Shown piece after piece: positions 45,471 to 58,219 of a DNA stretch of 64,000 nucleotides (position 1 is its first letter; every line of letters starts with the position of its first letter). Source of the stretch: Marsupella aquatica. Its lineage: Eukaryota; Plantae; Marchantiophyta. The DNA lies in contig OZ316892.1 in the NCBI GenBank assembly GCA_973895155.1, positions 7,857,251-7,921,250 on the forward strand. The letters are read 5' to 3'. Below the pieces are notes generated by a model, which was not told the DNA's origin, did no database searches, and saw only the letters and a program-made list of their open reading frames with translations. The position numbers and the translations under genes were made by a program.

Positions 45471-47408
45471 GTTGAGATTTAGAGGGCAGATTGTAATCGA
45501 ATCCATGTCGCAAAGCGCTGCGGCGGAGTCCACAGGAACTAATTAAATTGTCCCGTAGGCAACGCAACCGCCGGCTCTCAACGAGGTAATGGAGTCGCCT
45601 GCGTTGAACTCCCGTCTCTTAGGATATTCCGCCGCATCGAGGTTTCGGTGATGCGGGAATTGCGTCGCCCTCGTCTTTCTCCGTTTCTTCCCTTCCCGAT
45701 TCCTAGTTTCGCCCGGCGGATGACGAGGAAGATTGATCGATCCACTCATCGATGCACCGCAAGCGTTCTCCACCTCTGTAAAATACGAATCGCCCGTTCT
45801 TTTGGCGTCAATTTGATGGAGTCTTCCTTTTGGATCGGCTTTTGACGACAAGGTTGATTCATCTTTCCGAGTGTGGCTGTGTGCGTTTCTTTCTTTCCCT
45901 TGTCAATTGGGGATTGTGTCTGTGGCTACCTGGTTGGGAATGGTGGACTGCATTTACTGTAGATTGCAGACTTCGGTTCCGCTGCAGAGGGTTGTGGTCG
46001 TTGTCTTGTAGCACTTGTCTTGAGCGGGTCGCACGGCGATGGCCGTGACGTGCGGCCGGGACCTGTGACTCTGTGAGGCTGGAGATTGGAGAGGGTCAGG
46101 TACTGTAGTCATCGGGTATTCTGGTCTCCTTATGGTGAACTTTGTACGTAGACCGCATGAAGTCACGGATGGATGAAGATTCCGGGCATTTTCCTTGTTC
46201 GTGAGATCCCACCTTTTTCGCGCCCGTTCCTTCTCCCCTCCTTCATTTGCTCGGTGCTTTTTTCTGTACCGTTTATCCCTCGTTCTCCTTGTTTTCTTTG
46301 GGAGGCTGTGGGCGGGCTGTGAACTTTACATCTTGCGTCTTTGTGTTTACTCTCCACTCCAACGTTTGTTTCTCTTATTGCTCCTAATGCAATTAACTAA
46401 AGTCTGTCTCGTTTTCGGCCCCGCGTTTTCGCGCTCCAGCTTTGTTTCTTTCGTTCAACGCAGTTCAGTCTGCTTTCGCGGCTGGGGTTTTGCGAGCTCT
46501 CAACTCTCAAGCTTGATCAATTCAGCGCGAATGCAATCTCTGACGACTTTCCGAGTTGTTTGATTCATTCAATTGATGAATGGAAAGGTTGGCTGTCGTC
46601 GAGGTAGTCCTCTTTCGAGGTCCCTGCCTTCGTCCCCTTAGAATAGAATAGACTAGACCAGACTAGACTAGGCTGTATGTTACATTACCGTAGTGGCCTC
46701 CTTGCCGCGTGGACGATGATGGACAGTAGCTAGGACATTACCGTAGTCCGTCGTACCGCACGTTGTTTTGAGCGGCAAGTCGGGTTGTAATCGAGATTAA
46801 AGAAATCTAGGATGTATCCGGGAAGGGCTTATTATTGTCTTGAAGTTGAGGCTGGATTGCAGTGGTAGACCACGGGGAATGACAGTTGCAGTCCGACTTT
46901 GATACGACGCCACATGTTAATACTTTTTACACAGTATCGCAGTAGGGCCAAGTCGGCCCCAACCGCGTCTGCAAAGCGAGAGACTCATTCAGACATGGTC
47001 CAATGGTCGGATCCAAGTTGACGTTCAAGTAAAGTATAATGCCCCAACGGAGAGTTTGTTGTCCCCGGACTCTTTTCCGACGCAACAACCAGGGGCATGT
47101 GCCTTTCAAAGCTCGCGGTGGCCAGCCAGCGGTTGTGTTGGATCGCACTGCTGTAGAATGTGTGTCATGTGCTGAGAAGGGTGGATTTCTATTGCCTGAA
47201 TGATGTGATGATTGTTGTGCATTCAATTCTACCGGTGTGCTGTTATCTGATGGTGCCCTGACCTAAGGCTCTTTCGATCAAGTGAATGCTGGGTCGGAAG
47301 GGTTTGTAACATCGAGGTTTTCCTTAGGGATTTCTCCCAGGGCGGAAGCAGATCGACGAATTTGGCGAATTTGTGTCGAGGATTTCGCTACTTCTGATAG
47401 AGCACCGT

Positions 47409-49190
47409 ATGATGGGGTCACCGAAAAGTCCTCAAGCTGTGAAGCCTTACTCGCGGACCTTCTCCTTCTATGTGACCTTGGGAACGCTTTCGGCTCTGCT
47501 ATGGGTGCTCGCGTCAATCACCAACGGCTCAGGGCTGCCATCGTGCCCCAAATTCGTGTCCTTCAGGGAGATGCGGAACATAGCATCCAGTTACAACACA
47601 TACACGCCCCTAAATCCCAGGAAATCTCGAGAACAACCGCTTTCATTCCAATCAGCTGGAGACGTTCTGGACGCCATCAAGGCTGTGACGGCCAAAGCCG
47701 CAGGCAATGGACCGGCAGTAGTTTTTGGTCAAGAAGAGGAAGAGCAATGGCACAGGGAGAATCCTTGCAGGAGCCGAGCGGAGCTGGCACTCAAGTACGC
47801 CGGCCGGAAGGTTGCACAAGATGTGGCTCCCAATGCCGTCTGGGAGGAGATCTTCTCCGAGTACATGAAGATGCACAGGACCTGCTTGAGGGCAGTGGGC
47901 AACCTGGATGATTATTTCCTGAGCAGGAACACCAGCACGGGATGCAAGTTTTTGGTGACGGAGAGTCCCAAGGTGGGGCTGGGCAACAAGGTTCTCTTCA
48001 AGGCATCCGCCCTACTCGTGGCCGTGCTCACCCAGCGAGTGATTCTCATTCCGGACAAGCTCAACATTACGGAGCTGTTCTGCGAGCCCTTCGTTGGATC
48101 TTCATGGAAACTAGACACTTTCTCCGAGGTTCGCACCAAGCATGGGGCCTGGCAAACCACGAGCGATTTCCAGCTCTGGGTCGATAAGACCGAGTACAGA
48201 AACCGCACCGATTCTGAAGAGGTTCACGCAGTGGATTTAACTCGATATTACCAGCCATTGTTCAGGTACTACTGCAACACGGAGCAGGCGTACATGAGTA
48301 AGGTACCGTGGATTTCCCTTGGTGGTTGTTTGTACATTCTCCCCAAACTCTTCGCCATTCCCGCATTCCGTCCAGCGCTGGAAGAAATGTTCCCAGACCG
48401 AATGGCTCTCACTCACATCCTCAGATCAGCGTTCCTCCCCTCCGATCCCATCTGGGAGAGAGTGGACAACGTCAACGATTTGTACTTGCGGCATACACGC
48501 AGTCTGATTGGAGTGCAGCTGAGATATTTCGATAACAAGCCACAGTACAGGAAGATGAACGATTTGATCAACAAGAGGGTGTTGCAATGCGTCATCAAGA
48601 ACGACCTCCTTCCCACAGCTCTCCCTCTTGGAGAGTTCCCGGGAAACAGTTACTTCGATCGCCATCAACGAAACACGAGCAAGGTGTTCATTGCGTCTCT
48701 TTTTCCAGGCCTGCACGACTATCTGAGCGACATCTACGTGAGGAGGATGACAGTTTCTGGAGATAGGGTGGGCGTGGTCCAACTGACGCACGACAGCGAG
48801 CAGCATTTCGGGGCGGAGGTCGATGTCGAGGCATTCGTGGAGATCATGTGTCTCAGTCTCTCGGACGCGTTGTTTGTTACTCCCGTCTCTACTTTTGGTG
48901 GGCTGGCGGAAGCTTACGGAGCTCTGAAGCCGTGGTTCATAAACTTCGACGATGAAGATGGTCCTGCATGTGAGCGGGCTCAATCAATTGACGTCTGCTT
49001 CGATCAAGCGTCAGAGAAATTCATCTGCCCGCATGATCCCAACATCCATGGCCGCAGTGTCGTCGATTCGGTTCCTTACATCCAGAAGTGCATGAGCAGA
49101 GATGCCCCTGGAGTGCAGCTCATGACGACGCATGAGAGCAATCCCTCATCGGTTCATCCGGCAGACGAAACCTTAGTAGTGTACAGATGA
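47409..49190 (+). CDS. FUT: GT37 family (xyloglucan/galactoside) alpha-1,2-fucosyltransferase, type II membrane protein
   Basis: N-terminal TM helix FSFYVTLGTLSALLWVLASIT; GLGNKV, LFCEPFVGSSW, LIGVQLR, VFIASL, SLSDALFVTPVSTFGGLA, CERAQSIDVCF. Intronless; ATG at 47409. Confidence 0.9.
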   Translation: MMGSPKSPQAVKPYSRTFSFYVTLGTLSALLWVLASITNGSGLPSCPKFVSFREMRNIASSYNTYTPLNPRKSREQPLSFQSAGDVLDAIKAVTAKAAGNGPAVVFGQEEEEQWHRENPCRSRAELALKYAGRKVAQDVAPNAVWEEIFSEYMKMHRTCLRAVGNLDDYFLSRNTSTGCKFLVTESPKVGLGNKVLFKASALLVAVLTQRVILIPDKLNITELFCEPFVGSSWKLDTFSEVRTKHGAWQTTSDFQLWVDKTEYRNRTDSEEVHAVDLTRYYQPLFRYYCNTEQAYMSKVPWISLGGCLYILPKLFAIPAFRPALEEMFPDRMALTHILRSAFLPSDPIWERVDNVNDLYLRHTRSLIGVQLRYFDNKPQYRKMNDLINKRVLQCVIKNDLLPTALPLGEFPGNSYFDRHQRNTSKVFIASLFPGLHDYLSDIYVRRMTVSGDRVGVVQLTHDSEQHFGAEVDVEAFVEIMCLSLSDALFVTPVSTFGGLAEAYGALKPWFINFDDEDGPACERAQSIDVCFDQASEKFICPHDPNIHGRSVVDSVPYIQKCMSRDAPGVQLMTTHESNPSSVHPADETLVVYR

Positions 49191-50899
49191 TAAGTTGTGT
49201 GGCAGCCCCGGAGTAAGTCTATCAGTCAATTCGTTCGCCATGGCTACCTACTGAGGGAATTCGGCCGGAGTTTCGTTCAGCATATGACTACTGTCGACTT
49301 CATAGAGGAGGGACACGGGACAGCCATCGAGTGCAGTTTTGAGTTCAGTCATTCATGATTTGACCGTGAGAGCAATCCGTCATTCATGGCTTCAGCAGAT
49401 GACTCAGGGGAGAAGTTGCAACACCCCTGGAGCACGCCCATGGATTCATTCATTTGATTCTTTGATTCATTTATTCAGTCATTCGTCCATGATCGACACA
49501 TCACTCACTCATACATATGTGACGGACCGTTGGGGGTAATGGATCTCATCTCGTCCATCAGGTCAATGCCCTATTTTAGCAAGTCGAGGGCCAGCAACGG
49601 CATTGGAGGAAGGGAGTCGTTCAAATCATTCACTTAGAGGAACTTGTCATCATCGTCCCAGCGTATGAGGAGTCATTACTGGACAGGGAAGAGGAGATGT
49701 GATAGCAATATAGGTTGTCCAGACCTACGAGAGCACTGCACTCGATTAGATGACCGTTCCAGCTCGTGACAGACAGAATAGAAGGGCAGCCCATGGTGAT
49801 TCATGTGGTCAAAATTCCGATCGATTTGAGTGCAATGCGCAAGGAAGAGGAGGTGAACGGAGAAGATTGATCCTCGTGGACGAAATGCTCGACCGAATTC
49901 CACGAATTCCGTTTCATTTTGTGCGATTCGAACCCAACTACTCCAACGACTCCAAGGACATCTGAAGAGGAGAGCACGGTGGAGAATTTTTTCCCGTTGG
50001 ACGTGACAATGAGCGTGCACACGGCTGTTGGCCCCTGGCGAGAGGCCCACGCAGGAGGCAAGGATGGGACGCGGATTGCGATGAGGAACCAAACGCGTGA
50101 GGTTTTCGAGGAAAGATTACGGAAACTTCTCGTTTTGCAACATGACTGTGCAGGAGGGGCATCTTGCAGAGCGCTGCACCGCATCGCACACCGCCGCGCA
50201 GCAGAGCTTGACGTGGAGTACGTCGAGCGAAGAGAGGGGCAGACGGAGGGGGACAGGGAGGTCTCTGCAAGTCCAATGCGTTGTAGCCATTTGCATCCCG
50301 GAAGATTGAGCAGATTCGGTGGGCAGACAGATCATCCATATCCAAAAGAGAGGGGTATACTCGAGGGCGGTAGAATCTGTCTGCTACCAATTTTTGTGTG
50401 TCTAAGTTCCTCCCAAGAAACAGATCATTTGACCAGCAGCACGATGTAACGTATTCTCATCGGATCAGATGATGATTAGTGATGGGTGGACACCAGACTG
50501 AGAACATTTTCAAACATTTTGGGAACATTTTAGGATGAATGAAACCTTTTTGCTACTGCACCATTTTGCACCTCAGCAGTCTCTTTGAGCAGGGAGGGAT
50601 ATCGTTTGTCCCCATCGAGTGACTCTCACTCTCTCTCCCTCTCTGTCTCTGTCTGCACATTCAGGATGATGGTGCACTCATTTGGATCGATAATCATCCA
50701 GTCGGATAATTTTATCTTGTACTGTATATACTCTTGTACAGGAGCAATGGTGGGATATCTCGAGTCCCGCCATAGCCTCCCTTATTTATTTGAACTGAAC
50801 CAATAAAAAATTCAGCAATCCACTGCCCATTGCCAGTGAGTCAAACTTATATCATGTCTTCAGCTTCTCTCATCGTGAATCTCACATTTGTGATTTAAA

Positions 50900-51790
50900 A
50901 TCGGAATGTCTGGTCGGGTTGTGCACTGATCTTATGGTACGTCTGCTACCTTTTCTCAACGTCAAACTGTTGTGGTTCAAGATTGGAAAATCATCTTTGG
51001 GTTGTGGAGTGAATGCACCACAGCTCCACCATTTCTCAACTTCTAACTGTTGCGATTGAAGACTGGAATATCATTTTGGGTTGTGGAGTGAAATGTATCG
51101 CATCTCCACCTTTTCTCCATTTTTTATTTGAAGATAGGGAATATCAGTTCGGGGATGTGCTGCGCATTTGTCAATCTCCACCTTTTTCCAACGGCAATAT
51201 CAAGCGCTTGTGTCTTAAGATTGGTACATCAGGTTGGGGTTGTGTAGAGTACGTTCATCAAATGTCAACTTTTCTCAACGTCAATATCAAACTTTTCTGT
51301 TTCAAGAATGGAGTATCATTGGGCTTGTACCGGGAATTCATCAATCTCCGCCTTTTCTCCAATGGCAATCCCAAACGCTTCTCTGTCTCAAGTTCGTAGT
51401 TGTGCAGATGCATTCATCATATGTCCACTTTTTTCAACGTCAATCTCAAAACTTTTCTGTTTCAAGACTGGAATATCAGATTGGGGTTGTGCAGTAAATT
51501 TATAATCTCCACCATTTTGTAAAAAGCAATTCAGGCTTTTCTGTTTCAGGATTGGAATATGAGTTTGGGTTTGCTGTGAATGTACTCTATCTCTAACCTT
51601 TCCTCAACGTCAATCTGAATCTTTTCTGTTCCAACATTGGAATATCAGTTTTGGTTGTGTGAAAATGTATTCTATATCCACCTCTTCTCAGCGTGAATCC
51701 CAAACTTCTCTCTTCCAACATTGGAATATCAGTTTGGGATGTGCTGTGAATGTATCTTATCTCCATTTTTCTCAATATACGTCTCACTCT
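50900..51790 (+). repeat. Degenerate tandem repeat (~75-80 bp unit)
   Basis: About 11 copies of TTTTCTCAACGTCAAT..TGTTTCAAGATTGGAATATCAGTTTGGGTTGTG..GAATGTA..TCTCCACC. Confidence 0.85.
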
Positions 51791-54700
51791 GTCATTTTGG
51801 GTTGTACATTTTTCTGCGGACTTTGAGAGCAATAGAATATTAATGAGTATTCTAAGCTGTCAAAGGATCATTAGCAAGGCCACTACTCACCACTTGGCAT
51901 TGCTAATGGCTCCACTCTCTATTTGCAATAAGCCAAGATCTTGTTGAGGCGTTTGAGTTATCCTGAAATGATAGAATAGGAGGTGAGTCAGCTAGTTAAA
52001 TAGCCAAATACAGGGTGAGATAACGTTTGAGCCTCTTGTGACCTACTGGGACATTAAATATAGATGGTGAAACCTTTTCTTGTCCCTCCTTAAATTCACC
52101 TAGCTAAAGTATTGTGAGTTTTGTAACAACCTGGGCATAGCCGAGTGCAAGCTGTTTAACAGCGCAGGGGCCAGAATAATCTCAATTGCAGGGTATGTCA
52201 CCACAAATGTCACCATCTCAATTGTAGCCTTAACAAATTGAACCTCTCCTTGTGTGGTAACTCCCATTTAGGGCTCAAACAGACTGTCGTCCACCTTTCT
52301 CTTTTATGGAAAACTCTAGTAGCAATGGCACTGCTCATCTTGTTGCATCATGTTTGGGTGGTCAAATATCTCAATACAAGGAGTATTCACATTTTAACAC
52401 TATTCCATTTGATTTCCAGCTATCTATATCAAACGTTCATCTCCAAAGAGTGTCCAGTTTTTAAAATTGAATTCCTAACCATCTGAATCAAGGTTTAGAA
52501 ACTGAAGCTTTTGTACATCATTACATTTTATATGATGCTCACATGGGCCTCTGCATCCTGCATGGATGGCAACTAAATGTTGTTTCTTACTTCAAAATGC
52601 CTTTCCTTTTTACCATTTTTTACTTTCCTGTTCCCAAAGTATTCAAAATTAATAACAGGCCCTCAAAAACTAATATGATTCTCAGATTGCCAACCCATGT
52701 ATGCAATGGGGGAGGCTAGTAAACCTGATAATTAAATTGGTTTTGGGGGAGGTTAGTAATTTTGACCAGCTTGGGGGGTAATATAGCAAACAATGGTTCC
52801 TTTGTAGAAATGCCCATTTTTTGGGTGTCATAAGCTACTTGGTCTCGAAGTCCGACCCTGAGGTCAAATGACCTGAGCATCCAAACAGGATAAGAGTGCC
52901 TTGATCATTTTGAGATTGACCCCTCTCAACCCTGCCATAAGTTGCATTAGGCTGTGGTTGGCCACTTTTTACACCCCTAATAAACACAAAACAAGAAAAT
53001 ATAAGAAGCCAACATGTAGGACACAGCAAATAGAGACTGAGGAAACTATAAGAACATCAAAGACAAAACGACAATAATGTAAACTGAAAAAACTAATGAC
53101 AGTTGGGAAAAGAGTACAGTACACTTTCAATCTAGGCACCAGTTTGATGATGAGATTGATGCAAAACTAATATCCAAAGTGCATCCTAACAGGATAATGT
53201 TTAACGTTTTTTTCTTTTTCGCCAGTGTGGGAAATGTGAGCTTGTGTGAAGGAGAAGATGCTAAGAATTACCCTTGTCTATTTTCCCAAGATTAATGTCT
53301 GACCTCTCCCTAGATTTAAGGATAACCAACAGATTCAGATTTCTTGGGTCTGTGGCCAGGTGGGAAACTTGCTAATGAAGACAAATAACCTGGCATAACG
53401 ATAACCATCTAATGGGGTCTGTGGCCTGGTAGGAAAACTGGGTAATGAAGACAAAATACCTGACAATACTTCGAGGTGAGATTATTTTGGCCAAATTTCG
53501 CCATTAAAGAAAACGTTGCTTTCCAATCTAGGCACCAGTTTGATGATAAGAGATATGTAAAAATAATATCTATGTGGATCCTATGACCATCATTGGGATC
53601 CCCAATGAAATACAAATCCCAATCCAAGTCATCAAAAGTAAAAATGTCATAGAGCATATTATGGGGCGTCACCAGTAGCTGGGTCCCACACAAATACTGC
53701 GAATCAAACTTCAAAAGCTTCCCCAAATAACGTTGCATACAGTTAAAGTTTGACTTGACTTTTGATTTTCCACATGGAATCTTGGACATGGAAAGCTTCA
53801 AAGTTTGAATGAAGTCTCAAAGAAGGCGTCAAGCAAACATTGTCCTTGGAAGGAATTGCTAGGAAACGGAAGAAATGATCCATTTGGGGATCCATATTTA
53901 CCTTAAAATTGTAATATGCCTGTGCCTTTTTTGTGGATATGATGGTGCCGTGGACCGTAGATAGAAACCACACAAGCATGATGGAAGAATTAGGAATTGT
54001 CGCTGTGACCAGCCAATTGGATCCATCTATGTTGCACAAATCCATCAGAGCATTTTGGGACAACTACAGGTTACTATATTTTTTTTTCTAAGAGAAGACA
54101 AAAAATGAAGCCAGATGCATTTTGGGACATCTAGAGGCTTCATTTCTGACTTTCCCTTAGGAAAAGAATTATAGTAATCTGTTTGGTTGGTATTTTGGAA
54201 GTATATTTCCCACCTTACAGTTTTTTCAGTTCTGTGGATTCGTTGGACTCCCTGGCTTTTACGGTCAGATCTGGATTCCAGTTGACGTCCTTTTGGAGTA
54301 GTCAACATTGGGACACCTCTAAAAACAAAATAAGCAAAAGTCATTGGGTCGTTTTACACATGGCGTCTTGAATCCATGATTGGATAATGGACCAAACCCT
54401 TCCAAATACTTGACTCTGACCATAACTTTTGTGTTTGTTTGTGTAATTTTCATTTACATAACGTGAGAGTGCTTCTGATGCAAGATTTCATTTCACCCTT
54501 GTTTTACACGTTTCATTTTCAAGCAAACGTCTATTGCACTTAGTACACCTCTTTTTGTTGGTCATAGGTGGTGAGTCAGATTGACAGGTTTAAAACTTGG
54601 AAAATTAAACTAAATTAATACAAAGTAATTATCTCCTAATTATACATGTTTGTCATATGTCCATGTCTGTGTTTCATTTAAAAAAAATATTAAAAGCCTC

Positions 54701-55143
54701 TCATCAGCACAGATCTGAAATTGGCATTGGGCAGATAATCCAGCTATGGGTTCATATTGGAACCCAGGTGTTTCCCCTATGCAGACATGAAGCAGATTGT
54801 TGACGAGGGAGCCACTAGCCATGACAAAAACCTAGTTCCACAGATTTCACCATTTTTATTTTATTTTTCCTGAAATTGTGGAGCAAAATCTCACAGTGGA
54901 GTAGAGGAATGTGAAGAAAGGAAAAATCTTGGACACTTCTCTTTTTATCTGGCCAGTGGTGGTTTATGCATGCTATCTCTCTGCATGGAGTTATCTCTCT
55001 GCATGGAGTGGGAAGTAATTGCTAATGCTGACCAGTTGCCTGCCTCATGCATTGCCCTCCACTCTAACCAGAGAAATGCTCTTCCCTGCAAAGGAACTCC
55101 TGAAGCAGACTCTGTGCTTTGAGTGGGATCACCATCAATATGC

Positions 55144-55342
55144 GCTTGGTGGGCTTGAACATAACTCCTCTCATGCCAGAAAGATATCAACAATACTATT
55201 ATGCTGTGTGATAAAACCAACATTCATATATCCATTAGTGGAGCTTGCTGGGCTTGAACATAACTCCTCTCACGCCAGAAAGATGTCAACAATACTATTA
55301 TGCTGTGTGATAAAACCAACATTCATATATATCCATTAGTGG
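55144..55342 (+). repeat. ~99-bp tandem duplication
   Basis: GGGCTTGAACATAACTCCTCTCA(T/C)GCCAGAAAGAT...AAAACCAACATTCATATATCCATTAGTGG occurs twice. Confidence 0.9.
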
Positions 55343-57742
55343 GAGATATTGGTGTCGTCACATGACTCATGTTAGTCCAGACAAGGTTGGATAAGAGATG
55401 ACTGTAATTTTTAATCTGGATATAAACGCATGAAGTGACTGTAATTTAAAACATCTGTACCCTATCAGTGTTAGCACTAATCAGTGTGAGTGGAAGATTA
55501 GTGTTACGAACAATATTACTGGAATAGGGCTTATCTACACTAATTCATGCACCATTGGCGAAAAGCACTCTTTAAAATGCACAAGGAAAGTGACACTTAT
55601 TCATGAGTGTGGTGAAAATTTTGCTTCACCAGAATTCTGACCTTCAACTTGGAGTTATGGTTGAAAAGCAGGTTAGGAATGTCTTGTCTAATCTTGAGGT
55701 TGCTTGCCATCATTTTAGTGGTTGCCAACCTGAAATACAGAGCAACTGTTCTATCCACGAGAAAGTGGGCTTCTAGTAGTGAGTCTGACACAATGCAGTC
55801 CTCAAATATAGAGCCACTGTCTGACTGTCCTATCCACGAGAAGTGGGCTTCTAATGGTGAATCTGACACAAATGGAGAAAACCCTCAAAATTTAATATAG
55901 AGCAACTGTTGGCTTCTGGTGGTGAATCTGACACACATGGGGAAAGCGTTAGAGGGAATGCCAAAAACACATTTATTGTTCCATAGACTAGAAAGTGGGG
56001 CTCTCATGGGAACCCAGTACAGAGTGATGACCAAAACGTTAGAGAGCGGTTAGGGCAGTTAAGTGAGTACTTCTGTGGTAGTTTGAATCGCAATTCTGAA
56101 CGGTGAAAAGTTTTTGTTACTTGCTTCCAGACTTTCAGAGGTGGCCTCATAAAAATTACATGGCAAGAGTTTTTCAGGCTGTTGTGAATGTAATTTAATT
56201 TCCCTCCCCATTTCCTGAAACGCCTGCATTGGGAGGTTGCTTTGCTGCACTGGGCGAAATTTGTTTAGATAATGAATTTTACGCCCAAACCTAATTACGA
56301 CCATGGTAATCTCAAAAGTAGACACTATACAGTTCAATCAGAGAAAACAGCTAGTGAGTTGCTTTGGGATGTCCGCCCTATTTTACAGCTATTTCTAACC
56401 CACTCAAGATACGGGCCAAAGGCAATTTGTAGCTTACCTAGGCAATTATTCATTTTGTGTAACTTGCCATGCATTTCCTGCATTTAGTGTGTAGTTAATG
56501 GAAGCCAGGTGGAGCTCATCTTAAGAAAGACAAAAACAGGGAACGTGTGAGATAAGAATATACTGAAGATTTAAGTGGGATAGATGAAAAGAATTATACC
56601 GAAATTGTGGTATACAAAATTGGGAGTATCCTTCTAAGGGCCTTACAAGGGGAACAGCCTGAAGCAAGCCACACAACTGGCTTACAGTTAGCTCTCCCTA
56701 AGTGCACACTTTCGGGAAGAAAGCATCCAGTATACACTAAATGGAGGTTTTCACTATATGAGAAGTGCAGACCCATAGAATTATGCACTTACTGATACGA
56801 GTGCACCTTTCGTCAGTGAGCAGCTCACAACTCAAATTGTACACACATTGTACATCCCTGTCCAAAATATGGTGTCCTAATCCATGAGTGCATTTTTCAC
56901 TCAACTAAAAAGAGCATGCACTTATGAATAAATACAATTTGATGCGATTGCATTCTTACCAATAAGTGTCCATCACATATCAAGGGTTTTGCATTTATGA
57001 AGTTGCACAATATTTCAGGTTGTTTGCACTTAGAAAGGTGCAAACTCTGTGTAAAAAGGGGAGAACAGGAAGCCTTGGAATTACCCAGATCTTGCACTTA
57101 TGGATTTTGCACTTAGAGGGAGCCTACTTTTCAGGCAAGCAAAACCCAGGGTTTATATTTTTGTATAATTTTAATAACTACTACAAGCGACTGTTGTGCA
57201 CAAACCCAAACCGAAACTGAAGCACAATTGCCCGGACTGAAATTTTGATTTTGAGGCTTGCTACTCACAAGTCAAACATGGCCACTGGAACTGGCCACCA
57301 AGTGGTGAATCTTGAAGATAATGATCATTAAAGCAAAAAGCAAGAAGTGGCAGATCACAACTTGCTCAATGGCAGTTTCCCTCTTTTCAATAAACGATGT
57401 GGCAGATGGGCAGAAAGCTATAGAGACCAAGATAAGTACAACACATGAAAGTTCATCAGGTACCGAAGCTGGGAAAGGGCCTACAGTAGTTCTTGGTGAC
57501 ATTGGGCCAAGCGTTTGAGAGGAAGGAATTTCTTAGTATATTTCTTAGTGGTGCCAGATGCTATGCATGGCCTTAATTAGTTTACTCACGAAATCCTTAC
57601 TGTCCTCACATTGCTCCGAGGGTACTCAGCCAAAGTAAGCGTGACAGATAGTTACACCAGAATTTTTGAGATTGAAGGGAGAAGTTAGAAGAAATCTGGC
57701 AAATATTCATGAAGACAATTCACACTGATCTCGCCTCAACTA

Positions 57743-58219
57743 CACTGTTTACCATAATTAGTGTCATAACTTATATAGTCTCCCTGCATAAATAGTATCA
57801 CACACACTAATCAGGGTGTGACTACAAATCTGAAAAAATATAAATATTAGTACAAGTAGAGAGTTCAGTCTATTGTCATTCGTTCTAATTTGATTTTGAT
57901 TGTATTTATAACCTGGTTGTCATTTCATCATACTTTAATGAAATCTGAATTTCAATTGACATTCATTTTTAATTTTATATGCCATCACAAATATATCTTA
58001 CTACTAGAAATATTTGTACTTTTCATAAGCTATATACATAATATGTGTTCATCACACACTATTTGAGTGTCACCAAAAATAATCTCACTTACTCTAATTT
58101 ATAATAACATGTATTTAGTCTCACTTCTTATATAGTCTCACACACATTAATTATGGTGACAGCTTTCAAAAACCTTTGTTCCCAAATACTGTGTGTGAGA
58201 TTAATTACGGTAATCAGTG
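57743..58219. mobile_element. MITE, Tc1/mariner (Stowaway-like)
   Basis: TIRs CACTGTTTACCATAATTA and TAATTACGGTAATCAGTG, each flanked by TA; AT-rich interior. Confidence 0.65.

Noticed and set aside
49676-50449. Cluster of overlapping GC-rich ORFs downstream of the FUT gene
   Set aside because: No domain similarity or consistent splice pattern recognised; could be UTR or ncRNA but cannot be supported.
57743-58219. CACTA element (ends begin CACTG)
   Set aside because: The 3-bp flanks (CTA/TAG) are not a direct repeat; a TA duplication fits a mariner-type MITE better.
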